Of a DNA stretch of 64,000 nucleotides, positions 1-17,211 are shown one piece after another; within the stretch, counting starts at the first letter, position 1, and each line of letters opens with the position of its first letter. The notes under the pieces are model-generated. The model saw only the letters and a program-made list of their open reading frames with translations. It did no database searches and had not been told where the DNA came from. This DNA comes from Amoebidium appalachense (Eukaryota > Protista > Ichthyosporea): NCBI GenBank assembly GCA_963693365.1, contig CAVNZM010000013.1:3004722-3068721 (forward strand), written 5' to 3'. The position numbers were made by a program, and so were the translations under genes.

Positions 1-263
1 GGGGGGGGGGGGGGGGGGGGGATTTATGTTCGTGGTCTGATGTCTCATTTAAGGGGGAAGAGGGGGGAGAGAAGAGAGAGAGGAAGAGAGAGAGAGAGGT
101 CCCATTTTTGGGGGTCTCGACGGGGGGGGGGGAGGGGGGGGGGGGAATACATGGGTGGATGGGCAGTTTGAATTCTCACGTGAGCTGTCCCCCCAGACCA
201 ATCTGGCTCCCAAGACAACAGCGGTAGTGACGGTGGAGAGGAGCCCCCTCGCAGTAGGTACTG

Positions 264-350
<87 letters not shown>

Positions 351-608
351 AAAAAAAAAAAAAAGAAAAAAGAAAATAGCAATATTAAGACAGGCAAGCC
401 CAGCCCAATGAAACCTACAGCTGCAATCCCAACTCAGCTCCGCCCTCTCCCCCGCCCCTCCCCCCTCCCCCTCCCCTCCTTTTCGATACGTCCGTTTATC
501 TTATTGCATTGCTCTCCCCCCCACATTTTGCATTCTGTCTTTTGATGCCTCCACTATCATGATTCCAACCTGCAGATACATAATCCCCCTTCCCCTCCCC
601 CTCTCCAC

Positions 609-751
<143 letters not shown>

Positions 752-1283
752 GCTTTCCGTACTCTCTCCACCGTGTTCTTCGTTTCTTCCCTCTGCACTT
801 ATTCAAAGTCTTATCAAGTCCGGCGTTGGCATTTCATCAGCATTACTTCACTTATTACCACCCATCCACGTTCAACTTAATTTAGCTGTAGTTTACACTT
901 AGACGATGGCTGGAATTAAAGGCTATTTTTGCCTATTTATGGGTCGATCTTCCTTTTTAACGAATAGCCAGATTTTCATAATGAAGCATTTGCCGGGAAC
1001 TTATGGCTAATCATGGGATGCGGTTTTCCTGCAGGGGCTGTTAAGAACGCTTAAAGAGACGGAACTCCACACGGACTACACCGCATGTACTGTTAAAGAA
1101 AGGAGGGTGTGTTTTGTGTTTTTCCGTTTGTTAGAAACCGTTTTTTTCTTCTGCTTGTGTTTTGTAAGAATACGTGATAGGGTTTGTTGCTGTTGTGTAA
1201 GTACTTGTAGCACGTATAGCTTTCTGTAATGTTCTCATGGTTTTTCTATGCAAACATAGCCCCTCCCCCCCCTTTTTTTCCTC

Positions 1284-1401
<118 letters not shown>

Positions 1402-1486
1402 CGCGCGTGTGTGCTTGTGGGTGTGCGTGTGCGTGCGCACGTGTGCTTGTGGGTGTGCGTGTGCCTGGGTGCGTGTGCGTATGCAT

Positions 1487-1603
<117 letters not shown>

Positions 1604-4047
1604 GGGGGAGGGGGGGGGGGGGGGGGATATGGTCCGGGTACCTCACATGTAAGTTGACCTGCCGTGACATATGTTTGCTGCCGAATCGGCTACAGCTTTA
1701 TCTTTTAATTGTTTCTTGCACTTGTTGCTTTGCTTCCGCAGCATTCAAAGTTCCATTTTATGGTGGACTAAGTCTTGACTATTCACGGTTGTGTTCAGCT
1801 TAGATAGAATATTCCCAGCCAAGTATAAAATTTATGGTTATTATTGCTGGTTAGCGAACCAGTGTATTCACACAAGATATAGCTTGTTTTTAATAGCAGT
1901 ATCAAGGCTTTGTGAACATATATATCTGGTTAGTATTATCAAAACAAATGAACTATCCGTTTTAGGTTTTTTTCTGCCAACGGTTAGTGTCGTCCAACCA
2001 GGGGCGGGTATATGTATACCGTAGTAAGATCCATTATTCCTTATTCAACGATTCCTGGTTAGTGCTATTCACCCAGAGGGTGTAGTATTATCCACACAAA
2101 ATACATATTCATGCCTATTCATGATTATTCATGGTTATTAATGGTTGTTCATGGTAAATCCTTGTTTATGTCGTATAAGGTATGTCTATGGCACATACAG
2201 TTCACGTTGCGCCCATGTTACTCACGGCTCCTCTCCCGAGAACACAAATGGGTTGCTCCACAATTTTTTACTACAAAATATTGCAATGGCTATTTTTTGT
2301 TTTCTCTGGTGGTGGTGGTGTTTAACATTCATGTTTCTATGACACTGTACACATGTAGATGATTTGTCTTAACGAACAGAACACGATTTGTGATGTACCA
2401 AACGGGGCCAAAGAAGAAACGAGTGCAATATCCCCTCTGAGTCAGAGTCAGAGTTACTATTAGAAACTCTGAGATCTCGTGTACGGGACGTCTGTGGTGG
2501 CCTAGGGGATGAGTGTTGCACTTGTGTTTGTGCATGCAGCTATTATACCTGAGGAGTGTTAATTACTGACCGACCATAGGGATCAGTTTATCGCAAAGGG
2601 AAAAGTCTGCAGCTGCATGTACATGTAGTATGTAGGGTCGAGCATTTTACCTTTACCCATGCCAAGTTGCAATTGGGCGTGACGTCCGATGATCATATGC
2701 AGCATACATGATGTTCAATGAACATTCAATCAGGAGTAGACCGATTTTGGAGTAAAAGGTGGCCACATAATCACATTCAAGTGCTAATAAATGCCACGTG
2801 CGTGCCAACTGCAACACGTCCCCCCCCCCCCCCCCCCTCACCACCACTACCACCATCACCCTCTCATACTACCGCTTACTTAGAAATTCAATGTCTCATT
2901 AATATTAATATTACTACGTATACAATTCACGACACGCTGATGCATGCCACAGTGCAAATATCATAAATACATATGAACACACATGTCACGGTGCACGTAA
3001 ATACACGCATGCACACACTGACACACACATATACTCTCGCGCGTGTACTGCAGCAAACCTGCCCACACACACAAACGCCCTGGGCTGGGGCCCGGGCGAA
3101 TCCGATGCATTTATGACAGAAACACACACTGAAACACACAGGGTCACTGTGTACACATACGCAGCGTGCACTTGCCACGGTGCCGTAACACTGCCGTTAC
3201 TGTGACATTCCTCAGTCTTCGTGCCGTAATAAAATAAACCAATCAAATTCTAATTGGGGTAGCTACATATAGACTGTAAGTTTGGCAGCAAAGCTGGAGA
3301 AATACCCCTATTGAATGATAAAGTCCTGTAATGTTCCAGTATTTTCAAAACGTTTTCTTGAACCCCATTCAGATATAATGAAAAGCCCCCAAAGAGCATC
3401 ACAATATCTGACTTACAAACTAGTGATTTGAGATTCCTTTAGGATGCGCATACCACACCCGCTTTTGATCGGAGACTCGCACCGTCGCACGGCCCGGGCA
3501 GGCCTGTAGGAGTGATGCAATTGTTTACCTTCCAAAAAGTTACAAACTTGCACAAAGCTTCTACAAAAGCCTTCGGTCAGTTTTCCAACTGTTATACGCT
3601 TTGCTACACACTTAGAAAAGCAACAACATTATATAGCCAGTTAGATAACAATAACGCACAACACAGGGCACAACGTTTCTGGAGAGGTGCAAACAGGACA
3701 CGCACTGGCACGCATACGCACACGCACATAGACATGCACGCACAGCCTGATAGGTCTTTCAAAGTAGAGGTCCTACGACAGATACCTCACTTACGCCTGC
3801 CTGTTACGTGCGATTTGGGGAAAACAGGATTATTCAGAGGACCATGGCCGTGCGATGCTGCAACATTGCTTCTTAAAGGTCAGTGGGGTTTCAACATGAT
3901 AGTTTCCCGTTCTCGTTAGCTGTCGTGTGCATGTTTCCTCGAGCTCCTTTCTCCTTGCTCATGTGATTCTATCGGTGTGCGTCTTTGTGCGAGTTGTGTG
4001 AGTATGTGTGTGCCTTCATGTGTGAGTGAGTGAGTGAGTGAGTGAGT

Positions 4048-4094
<47 letters not shown>

Positions 4095-4142
4095 TGTGTG
4101 TGTGTGTGTGTGTGTGTGATGGGTGTGCGTGTGTGTGTATGT

Positions 4143-4225
<83 letters not shown>

Positions 4226-5276
4226 ACTTTATAGTAGTGTGTGCCTGTCTGTGCGTGTGCCTTTCTTCCCCCTGCAATCGTGGATTGGTTTATGGGCTTC
4301 TCTCTGTGTGTGTGTTTTGTGTTGTTGTTGTTTAAAATGTGCCATGGTGGTAGGGAAGAGAGATGGGCAGACGAGGAGGGAAGGAGTGAGTCTGTGCATG
4401 TAAACATGCATGTAATTGTTCCCAGGGGCCCCGTGTGCATCTTGATAGCAGTAAGTAAAACTGTGTTCATGGCTGTTTGGGTTTTTTTGCGTGCCTATAT
4501 GCAATAAGAATGAGATTTGCAGTCACGGGGAGGACGTAACCTTCTGAACGTCTGAGTGTCTGCGTGCTCGAGTGTATGAGCGTAGCCTGGAAGAAGAATC
4601 CACGTGTGTGTAAATTTGTTCTCCTCCTTTCTGAAGTCACGGCATCGCGTGTGTAGTGAAGAGGTTTAGTTTGTTGTCTGCGTCTCTGTGTGTGCAGGTG
4701 TGTGGAGGCACACTTGTGTGCCTGTGGTCTGCGCTGAGGTGTGTGTAGCTGTGTGGGTGGGTGGGTGCCGGCCTTGTAAATGTGCTTGCCGATGTACTAA
4801 TACGTGTATTATATATATATGTATTTAATCCCGTTTTGTTCTCGGAGGGACCCTTTGGGCCCTCAGGGGGAACTACCGTCTTCCCACCCAGCACCGACAG
4901 TACTCTAGCTAGGGTGCTACGGGATTATTAGCTAAGCTAGCACACCTTTAAACAATCCTAACTATCTGCACACACTTTGCCCAGGGTATTCACCCCAGCC
5001 ACGCCGGTGGGTAATTAATACGTGTACATGTACGTGCATATGTGTAGGTGTGGGCGTGGCTGCACGTGCTCGTCCAAGTGTGGGTGCTTCCCGGCGCCTA
5101 CGCTCGTGTGCACGTGTGCCCCTTGTGAGATCTGTGAGCAATCTTGAATTAGAAGTTTCTCACTTCGGCCGTTCAAAACCACTACGCAAGACATCCAGCA
5201 CCAACACTTGCTCACGAAATCACGCGCACCGCATGCACACACACACGACGCATGCGCACGCGCATACATGTGCGTG

Positions 5277-5314
<38 letters not shown>

Positions 5315-5595
5315 CACACACACACACAATCGGTACCCACACGCTCACAAGCTCTTGTGTCCCACCTCCCCCCTCCCTACCCCCCCCCCCCCTTCACCAC
5401 CCCTGCCCTCCGCCCCCCAATACACAAACAGACACACACACAACCCCCCCCCCCCCTCCAACCTCCCCCCTCCCCCCCCCCCCCCCCAAAAAAAAAAAAA
5501 CACACACACACACACACACACACACAAAGCAGGCACTTTTACTGACAGAAACTGCCCTTTTTGCAGGACGATGAAATTTCAACCCATAGACCCCC

Positions 5596-8610
<3,015 letters not shown>

Positions 8611-8847
8611 GTTATTTTTGGGTGAAATTTGAATTTTCGCTGGAGAGTTGGCATGACAGGCATAGGATCAGGTTGATGTAATAGGGGTTTTTAGTTTAGA
8701 TCTAGAAACTTCTGGGTATTTTTAGCTATTAGATTTTTGAGAACAGGTCTACTACACTGTGGTGCCGATATGATCATTACGATAGGACAGGCACAGACAG
8801 TAGGTTGAATAACACAAATGCATGGCAATGCAGCCACAGACACACAT

Positions 8848-8886
<39 letters not shown>

Positions 8887-9287
8887 CTTTTTTTGTATTT
8901 TTTTTTTTTTTCCCCGCGCGAAAACTTCCTATTGCTCCATTCTCCACCAGTATATCACTTCCGAATTAAATTGTAGGGTACGGTTATCTACATATTAATA
9001 TGAAGGTCTTGTATATCTCCTAGTATGTCGACGTCAGCCACAACACACGAACTTTCACGTGCGCATGCCTCTATGTGCCTCGGTGCGTTGACTTACTCAG
9101 TTGCAAGCCCTACATGTTTGCTCTTGATAGCACCCCCCCCCCCCCCCCCCCCCCCCTTCTTCTTCTCTTTCCCTTCTCCCTCTCCTCCCCCGCCCCCCTC
9201 CCCTTCCCCCACCCCACCTCCACCTGTTCCTTTTCTTTTATTCTTTTTTTTTATATTTGGTGGTGGTGGTGGGTGGGTGGGGGGGGG

Positions 9288-9318
<31 letters not shown>

Positions 9319-10250
9319 ATCGCACGTATTTGACTCTCGAGCTCCCGAGGTTCCTGCCAGTAGTCGGATACCTGAAATATTCCGTTGAAAATGAAAAACG
9401 TTTATTCTGAAGCAAAATTGTGGCCCAAAATTTCGAATTGCACGTTGTTTATAGCCACCACATGCAGCTGTGCCACGGCCAGAAAAGATGGCCAACATTG
9501 AGCAATGTTCCAATAAAATGTCCAACATGTGTTAAAAACTAGGATGTCCAAAATGTTCAAAAATGGTGTCCAAAATGCATCAAAAGCTATGTCCAAAAAC
9601 GTTTCCTCCACATTCTGAATCGCCAGCCTGTTGTAATATTTATCCGATTGGCAAACTCTGATACTCAAATGCAGCGGAAAATTTCTATCAGTATGTGCTC
9701 TATGAATGGGTTTGCGTCACAAACATGTATTTTTTAGCGGCTTGGTGGTGCCTCGCTAATATAGATAGAACTACTGTAACAATACTTGACAATGCGAGGA
9801 GTCTAGTTTCCGCGTGCACCTGGTACCTTTCTATAAAATAAAAAAATAAAGTAGGAATACGGCAATCTCAAATAAATGATGTATCATACCGGGACCAATA
9901 TCATCTCCTGCGATCGCACGATGAGCCAAATATAGAAATTTGAGGGAAGTTTTCACGCGCCAAATTTTTTATATGAAAGAAAAAAAAAGTAGGAATATCA
10001 CATCTTATCCGAATACTGCATGATGTATACTGAACCATCACACCAACCAAGAACCAGTTGCAACATACGAGTCACTTAAACCACGTAAATTATTATGCTT
10101 ATATACCGTGGGCACCCGGGCTCATGAATTTCACCCACTCACCAATTTGAATTCTCTCCGTATATTCGTATACTGCGCACGTACACATCATGATTTTTCT
10201 GTCCGTGTAGGCTAAGCAGTAACATGAGTTGAAATTTGTTCCTATAAATT

Positions 10251-10593
10251 TCACCTCCAACCTGTATTCGAGCACGAGATTGACTCACAATCATAGTAGC
10301 ATCCTTCGGGGGCTCTGCCTCCGAGAGCCTCAGACTGTTCAACGTAGACACATGTTGTCTGCTCGGTACCCAAAACAGGGTGGGGCCTGGGGCAAACGAG
10401 AAGACAGCGGTTGGAGAAAAAAGTCTGACGGCGGTTGACGGTGTGGTAGGCCATGGCAGCGATGGTGGCAGGCTGTGTTGGGACCTCAGAGTCAGCCTTC
10501 AACATATTAATGCACATTGAATTTTGCTCAACTTAAAGAGTCAGATAAATATAGTGACCACGCCGCGGTTCATGGATATTCAACAACCATCTT

Positions 10594-10637
<44 letters not shown>

Positions 10638-10904
10638 AAAAAAAAAAAAAAAACCACCACCACCACCACCACCACCACCACCACTGACCATAAATGAGAA
10701 AGTGGGAGCCCGCGTTGTGGTTCAACGGCCATGGAAACTGTAGGTAAGGTCTCTCTCTTTTTTTCTTTCTTTCTTTCTTTCTTTCTTTCAAAAAAAAAAA
10801 AAAAAAAAACACCACCACCACCACCACCACCACCACCACTGACCATAAATGAGAAAGTGGGAGCCCGCGTTGTGGTTCAACGGCCATGGAAACTGTAGGT
10901 AAGG

Positions 10905-10950
<46 letters not shown>

Positions 10951-11202
10951 TTTCCACCACCACCACCACCACCACCACCACCACTGACCATAAATGAGAA
11001 AGTGGGAGCCCGCGTTGTGGTTCAACGGCCATGGAAACTGTAGGTAAGGTCTCTCTCTTTTTTTCTTTCTTTCTTTCTTTCTTTCTTTCAAAAAAAAAAA
11101 AAAAAAACACCACCACCACCACCACCACCACCACCACTGACCATAAATGAGAAAGTGGGAGCCCGCGTTGTGGTTCAACGGCCATGGAAACTGTAGGTAA
11201 GG

Positions 11203-11244
<42 letters not shown>

Positions 11245-11459
11245 TTTTTCATTCTTTTTTTTTTTTTTTTTTTTTTTTTGGGGGGGGGGGGGAGGGAGGG
11301 GGAGGGGGGGGGGGGGGGGGGAGGTATTCGCACGTTTGAGTCATCTGCGGCAGGCACGCGTACGCTGCGGGCACAGACCACCGCCACGAGAAGCAGCAGA
11401 AGCAAACCCACAGCACACAGCCTGACACGGCCCCGCCCCTCCTTGCGCAAGTAACCCAT
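10251..11459 (-). CDS. Secreted six-cysteine prepropeptide, paralog 1 (115 aa); exons 11459-11334 and 10472-10251
   Basis: Exon 1 MGYLRKEGRGRVRLCAVGLLLLLLVAVVCARSVRVPAADDSN (hydrophobic signal-like core), donor GTGCGA. CTGAC branch-like motif and CACAG acceptor. Exon 2 PATIAAMAYHTVNRRQTFFSNRCLLVCPRPHPVLGTEQTTCVYVEQSEALGGRAPEGCYYDCESISCSNTGWR*. Structure is conserved in two neighbouring paralogs. Confidence 0.8.
10654..11230. repeat. Four tandem ~145-155 bp composite units [(CCA)n - identical ~73-bp core - (CTTT)n +/- (A)n] in the intron of paralog 1
   Basis: Core CACTGACCATAAATGAGAAAGTGGGAGCCCGCGTTGTGGTTCAACGGCCATGGAAACTGTAGGTAAGGTCTCTCTC at ~10682, 10837, 10982 and 11135. Units 1/3 and 2/4 alternate as a ~300-bp dimer. 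Confidence 0.95.
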
Positions 11460-12133
11460 GGTACGGTGACGGATAAAAGCAAGTTCCTACAACTGTCAGA
11501 GTGAGATTCAGAAATTCAACGGTTTTGAAAGTGCGGACCAGGGGGGAAACGGACAAAATCTTTACGGAACACGGACACGTGCACTTGCGTGTAGTTTTGT
11601 GACAGCTCAGGACTGTTGTGTATGTTTGCTTGGCGCGAGGAGAGAGGGCTAAATTATGCGCTGCAAGTTCTATGTGACTCTGACACGAACGTTCAAAGCC
11701 ACGTACATATGTTTACACAGATTAGAACAGTTATGTATTATATATTAAGCTAAGGTACTGGTTGGCATAAAAATTCTTATGAGTGAGCACCATCACTTTG
11801 CGCAGATATGATGTTGGCTCGGCGCCGGCCTTCCCACGGCTAGGCACACCACGTGATCGACAGCCAACGATTCACGATACTTTGTGATTTCTCAAGTTTT
11901 TTTTAATGACTTTATTGTTATTCTCATCAAAACAGAAACAATCGAGGGATCACAGATATCTCAGTGAGAGTGAGAAGATGAAAAATCGTTGCTCTCGGAT
12001 ACGGAGTAGATAACGACTTAGATAATCATACACCCGCGTATTGTGTGTGGAAGGTCGAGGTAGAGAAAAGGGTGGGGGTTAGGGGAGGGATGGTCGGATA
12101 GAGAGAGAGATATATATAGATAGAGATGGGGGG

Positions 12134-12321
<188 letters not shown>

Positions 12322-12757
12322 GGAATAAGAAATTACTAGCGAGGGTTCACATATATGTACAGGCTTGTTTTGGCAAGGTGTGCAAACATAGCCTATGTGT
12401 AATTGTTTGCAGCTCCTCATGCTGTGCATACATGTTCTAATTGAGATTTGTGGATGTGACGGGTTGGGCCCTTCAATCGTGTGCACGTCTGTGAATTCTG
12501 TCATTTTTGTCGCTCAGGATCCTTCAAAAGCTATCAATATCTTCTAATTCCCCCTCCCCTCTCCCCCCTCCCCACCACCACCACCACCACCTTTTCTTCT
12601 CGTGTAAGTGTGATTGTAAGTGCATGTGCGCGTGCGTGTGCGTGTGCGTGTGGCGTGCACATTTGTGACACTGTGTGTGTTTGTGCGTGGGCGCGTACGT
12701 CTGTGTGCGTGTGCGTGTGCGTCCGTGCGTAACTGTGCGTATGTGCCATGTCCTTTT

Positions 12758-12788
<31 letters not shown>

Positions 12789-12790
12789 AG

Positions 12791-12824
<34 letters not shown>

Positions 12825-13616
12825 AGAGCGGGCGAGGCGGAATGTCGCAGGAGCACAATATAAACTTTTTGCAAACCGAATCCGACTCATCCTGAAACCA
12901 CAACTTCTCCTTTCGACCCGATTGCGCAGTAGCATACAGACATATGTACATACATCATTGTGATATTTCCTTTAAACAGGCGAGAGTGTTTGATGTTTTA
13001 TTTCTGAAATTATTTATCCACAAGCTCCAGTTCAAGTTGCAACTCTTATCATCCGCCAACCACAACATGTGATACCGAAAAAACGGTCTTCAAAAATTTC
13101 TCCCTCTTCACGCGCACACCGTAGTAGGTGGCAATACATGCATGCTCTCATTGAGTCACGTGCAGCAATGGATTAACCCAATAAAAAGTAGAAAGCCTTT
13201 CTATGTGGATCCCACCCCTGCTTGAAACTTTAAAAGGCACAGAAATTATGCCCACATATCCAAACTGAGTTATTTGGTGCCTCATCCACCTTAACCTCGG
13301 AATAGCCTAGTAGAAAAATGCAATACAGTGGTTACCGTAGGTGCACCATTTCCCCATTCCCCAAAGACAACCAGCATGCATCACAGAAGCAGTACTGGAA
13401 CCATTACATGACTTTGCATATATAATGGATACTAAGTTACCAATCCACACCACCCCTCCAATTCCATGTATATGGCACTAACTGCAATATATCACCACAC
13501 ACCAAAACTGCAAGTGTTCCATGGTGTTGAACCTCGGAGTCATATTTGTGTTGATAATTCCCGGTTTTTCTTTCGAAACTCACCGATAGCCCGGTATATC
13601 CTGGTGCCAAGAGAGT

Positions 13617-14596
13617 CTAGCAGGGGGCCAGCCTGGGTAGGGGGTAGTAGTTGCACTGAATTGGATCACAGTCATAGTAGCACCCCTCGGGGGTTCTGCC
13701 TGTCTGTTCGGTATCCATACACTCCCCTGTCTCAGCACCCCAGCCACGGTTGGGGCTGGGACAAACAAGGAGACAGTGACGGGTGGGGAGACGACGATTG
13801 AGGTTGTGGTAGGCAGAAATGGTGGCAGGCTGGGGCGTATGGAACCGGTTAGATGGCCATGGTCGTTAAGTGAATAATCGAATTAAGTCTGAGACTTAAA
13901 ATTGGTGTGTAGGCCCGTTTTGAATTAGTGTACAGATTAATGGTATATCTAGGAACTGGATATTCAGGGCAACCCCCCCCCCCCCCTCCCCCCCCCGCCC
14001 CCCCCCCCCCACACACACACACACTCACACATGCACGCACGCATGCACGCACACACGCACGCGCGCAAGCACGCATGCACATGCACACACACACACACAC
14101 ACACACACACCGTCACACACAAACACACAGGCACACACGCAATCTCCCATCCAACTTCTGAAAACCTCAAACACCTAAAAAAAAAAAGAAAAAAAAAAAA
14201 GAGTGTGGGTTCGGAGAAACTTAAAGGGGGGGGGGGGGGGGGGGGGGGGGGCATTTACGTCGAATACTTAGTCTACAGTACGTCTTTGAGATGGAAGTCT
14301 GTATTTCACTTTGAGGAACGCTCGGAACGGAAGTTACTATCAACTATGCATTCAAGTTGTTGCTTTTGCAGATATTTTTCCTTCCCTATCTTAAACAAAT
14401 TAATACTTTGTTTTTATTATTAATAGTATATCAGCGGCACTAAGTACACAAGCATATGCACGCAGTGTGTGTATACTGACGTTGAGTCCACTGCGAAAGG
14501 GACACTGCGGGCACAGACGGCCACCACGAGCAGGAGCAGAAGCAACCCCACAGCACACAACCCACGGCCATGCCCCTCCTTGCGCAAGTAGCCCAT
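13617..14596 (-). pseudogene. Secreted six-cysteine prepropeptide, paralog 2, possibly decaying; exons 14596-14481(or 14477) and 13829-13617
   Basis: Exon 1 MGYLRKEGHGRGLCAVGLLLLLLVVAVCARSVPFAVDS; exon 2 PATISAYHNLNRRLPTRHCLLVCPSPNRGWGAETGECMDTEQTGRTPEGCYYDCDPIQCNYYPLPRLAPC*. The homologous donor (GTCAGT) is out of frame by 1 nt; only the GTATAC donor 4 nt downstream restores frame. The tail is frameshifted relative to paralog 3. Confidence 0.65.
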
Positions 14597-15360
14597 GGTG
14601 ACAGGATAACAGTCTCAGAGAGTCTCAAGGTTGAGGGCCAAAAGGTGAAATATTAAACGGAACGCGGAAGCCTCAAGAGTGTGTTGGTTCTGTGAGAAAC
14701 AACAGCTCGCCACTGTTGTTGTGCATGTTTGCTTGTGGCGGGAGTTATGCACTTTTCCTCCTGAATCATCTGGCACGCAGATCACTGATGATGGCACCTG
14801 GTAAGATCTTCCCTGCGCACATTCATGTCATTGTGACAGTTTTATTGATTTGCACCCTCAAACTTTCTGCCCGCTAAAATCTGTGCGGGGGCGGGGGGGA
14901 GACGGGAGGTGGGGGGAGGGGGGGGGAGGGGAGGGGAGGGAGAGGGGGAGGAGGGGGAGGGGGGGAGAAGGGGGGGGGGGGGGAGGGGGGCAGGGTCCGG
15001 TTATGTCATAGTCACAGCCCGGCAGAATTTCTCGGTGCACGTGTATACCACGTGTCAGGCTGTCACACGGCGTGGTAGTACTAGGAGAAACGATATCTGC
15101 CCGTACAGAGATGGCACTGATATGGCATGATCATGCATACTAATAATAGATACCGATATTCCAAATCACTGTCACATGGTGACATGCGACTGTTTTTCTT
15201 TCTATGCGAGTGTTTTTCTTTCTTCCCTCTACTTCAAAATCATTCCTCTTTTTTTAATCAGAAACAAAAGTAAAAAAGACTCCTCGGAAATGAGTTCTCT
15301 ACATTGTGGGATCAAAAGAGTATGACTTACCCAAGCTTGGAGCTGCATTTTTTTTTTTTT

Positions 15361-15410
<50 letters not shown>

Positions 15411-15755
15411 TTGGTGCCTGAGCATATAGTCAGGTCAGATCTAGATAGATAGAAGGTGATATCAAAACTGAGAACCAGAAAGCGAGTCATCGGATCCGGA
15501 GGGATGGAGGCCCCACAGGGAAAGGCAGGGAAGGTACTACTACTCGGGTGTCGTAGGAGTGCTTCTGTGTGTGGCAGAGAGCGAGACAGGAGAAAGAATG
15601 AGTGAAAAATGCATGTACGTGTACGAGTGAGTGACAAAGAGGGGGGGAGAAAGAATGGGAGAAGGTGATTGCGAGAGCAAAGAGATGGTGGCCATGGGGA
15701 GAGAGCTCTAAGCTAGAAAGGGATACGGGAAGCCTGGGGGGTGGGGGTTGGGGTT

Positions 15756-15833
<78 letters not shown>

Positions 15834-15846
15834 TTTTTTTTTTTTT

Positions 15847-15877
<31 letters not shown>

Positions 15878-15993
15878 GAGGAGAGGGAGGAGGGGGCGGC
15901 GGGAGGGGGGGAGGGGGGAAAGAGAGGAAAGAGGGAGATACAGAGAAAGCATCTCGAGAGGCGCTAGAGAGAGCAACTAGAACCCCGAAAATA

Positions 15994-16032
<39 letters not shown>

Positions 16033-16033
16033 C

Positions 16034-16184
<151 letters not shown>

Positions 16185-16489
16185 GGGGGGGGAGGAGCGA
16201 GAGAGATCGAGAGCGAGAGACTTAGAGAGAGCCTCGGGGACACAGGGGGGATGAGAGGCAGTAAGAGAGAGAAAGTGAGAGCCGAGCCGCGAGGGAGACT
16301 GTGACGCATCAGAGGCAGTCGAGTGATCCTTCCGTACTTCCGTATCCGAAACATGCTGTAGGCAGCCCGTTCTTTTAGGTGAGAGGGTTCGGTCACACCA
16401 CGATAATCATAAGTTTTACAATCCCATGTAGCACGATAATTTTCATATTAATCACGTAAAAGGCCGATTAGCTCAGAGTGGGCGTGTTT

Positions 16490-16605
16490 TGCAATAATTG
16501 TGCGCGAAACTGGCGAAATCCTGGACTGCGTAAACACCAATCAATCGGAGGGAATGATAATAGCCATATAAATCTTCTCTAGTCTTGCTACCATTGGTCC
16601 AACGA
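16490..16605 (+). promoter_or_regulatory. Conserved non-coding block with CCAAT and inverted CCAAT motifs; second copy at ~21557-21685
   Basis: GGCGTGTTTTGCAA...CACCAATCAATCG...ATTGGT shared between the two loci, each ~1.9 kb upstream of a peptide paralog. A regulatory role is inference. Confidence 0.4.
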
Positions 16606-16663
16606 AATCCGGAGCGCTTCGACGTACCGTACGTACTTTCCCACAGCGGTCTGTAAATCATGA

Positions 16664-16991
16664 AAGTCTTTCGGCAGCAAGCCTGTAACAACAGTCACCT
16701 ACTTGACTCTTGAGTTTCTATTTATAGAGGGAGAAATAGAAAGGCCTTCAGACGAGGGGAGAGAGCGAGACAGAGGAAGAGAGAGGCAGAGAGGGAGACG
16801 GAGCGGGTAGATGGGAGAGGGGGAGGGAGAGGGAGAGGGAGAGAGAGAGGGAGGTACTGGAGGGAGGGAGAGAGAGAGGGAATGGGAGAGAGGCTAGGGA
16901 GGGAGAGCATGCATGTCAGGCTTTGTAGAGTCGTTCGTAACTCAAGAGTCAAGTAGGTAACTGTTGTTACAGGCTTGCTGCCGAAAGACTT
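16664..16991. repeat. 53-bp inverted repeat (52/53 identical) around a 222-bp purine-rich spacer
   Basis: 16664-16716 AAGTCTTTCGGCAGCAAGCCTGTAACAACAGTCACCTACTTGACTCTTGAGTT is the reverse complement of 16939-16991 with one mismatch. No TSD seen. Confidence 0.9.
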
Positions 16992-17096
16992 CTCTCTCTC
17001 TCTTCTTCTTCTTCTTCTTCTTCTTCTTTTTTTTTTTTTTTTTTTTTGGCATGTCTTGTGTGTTATGCGTTGGTGTGTGTGTGTGTGTGTGCGTGC

Positions 17097-17211
<115 letters not shown>

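Noticed and set aside
4899-4918. Palindrome AGTACTCTAGCTAGGGTGCT resembling the piggyBac subterminal palindromes
   Set aside because: No TGAT..ATCA ends with ATAT TSD around it; could be chance.
10654-11230. CRISPR-like repeat-spacer appearance
   Set aside because: Repeats are ~73 bp, the spacers are microsatellites rather than unique sequence, there are no cas genes, and the context is a eukaryotic intron.
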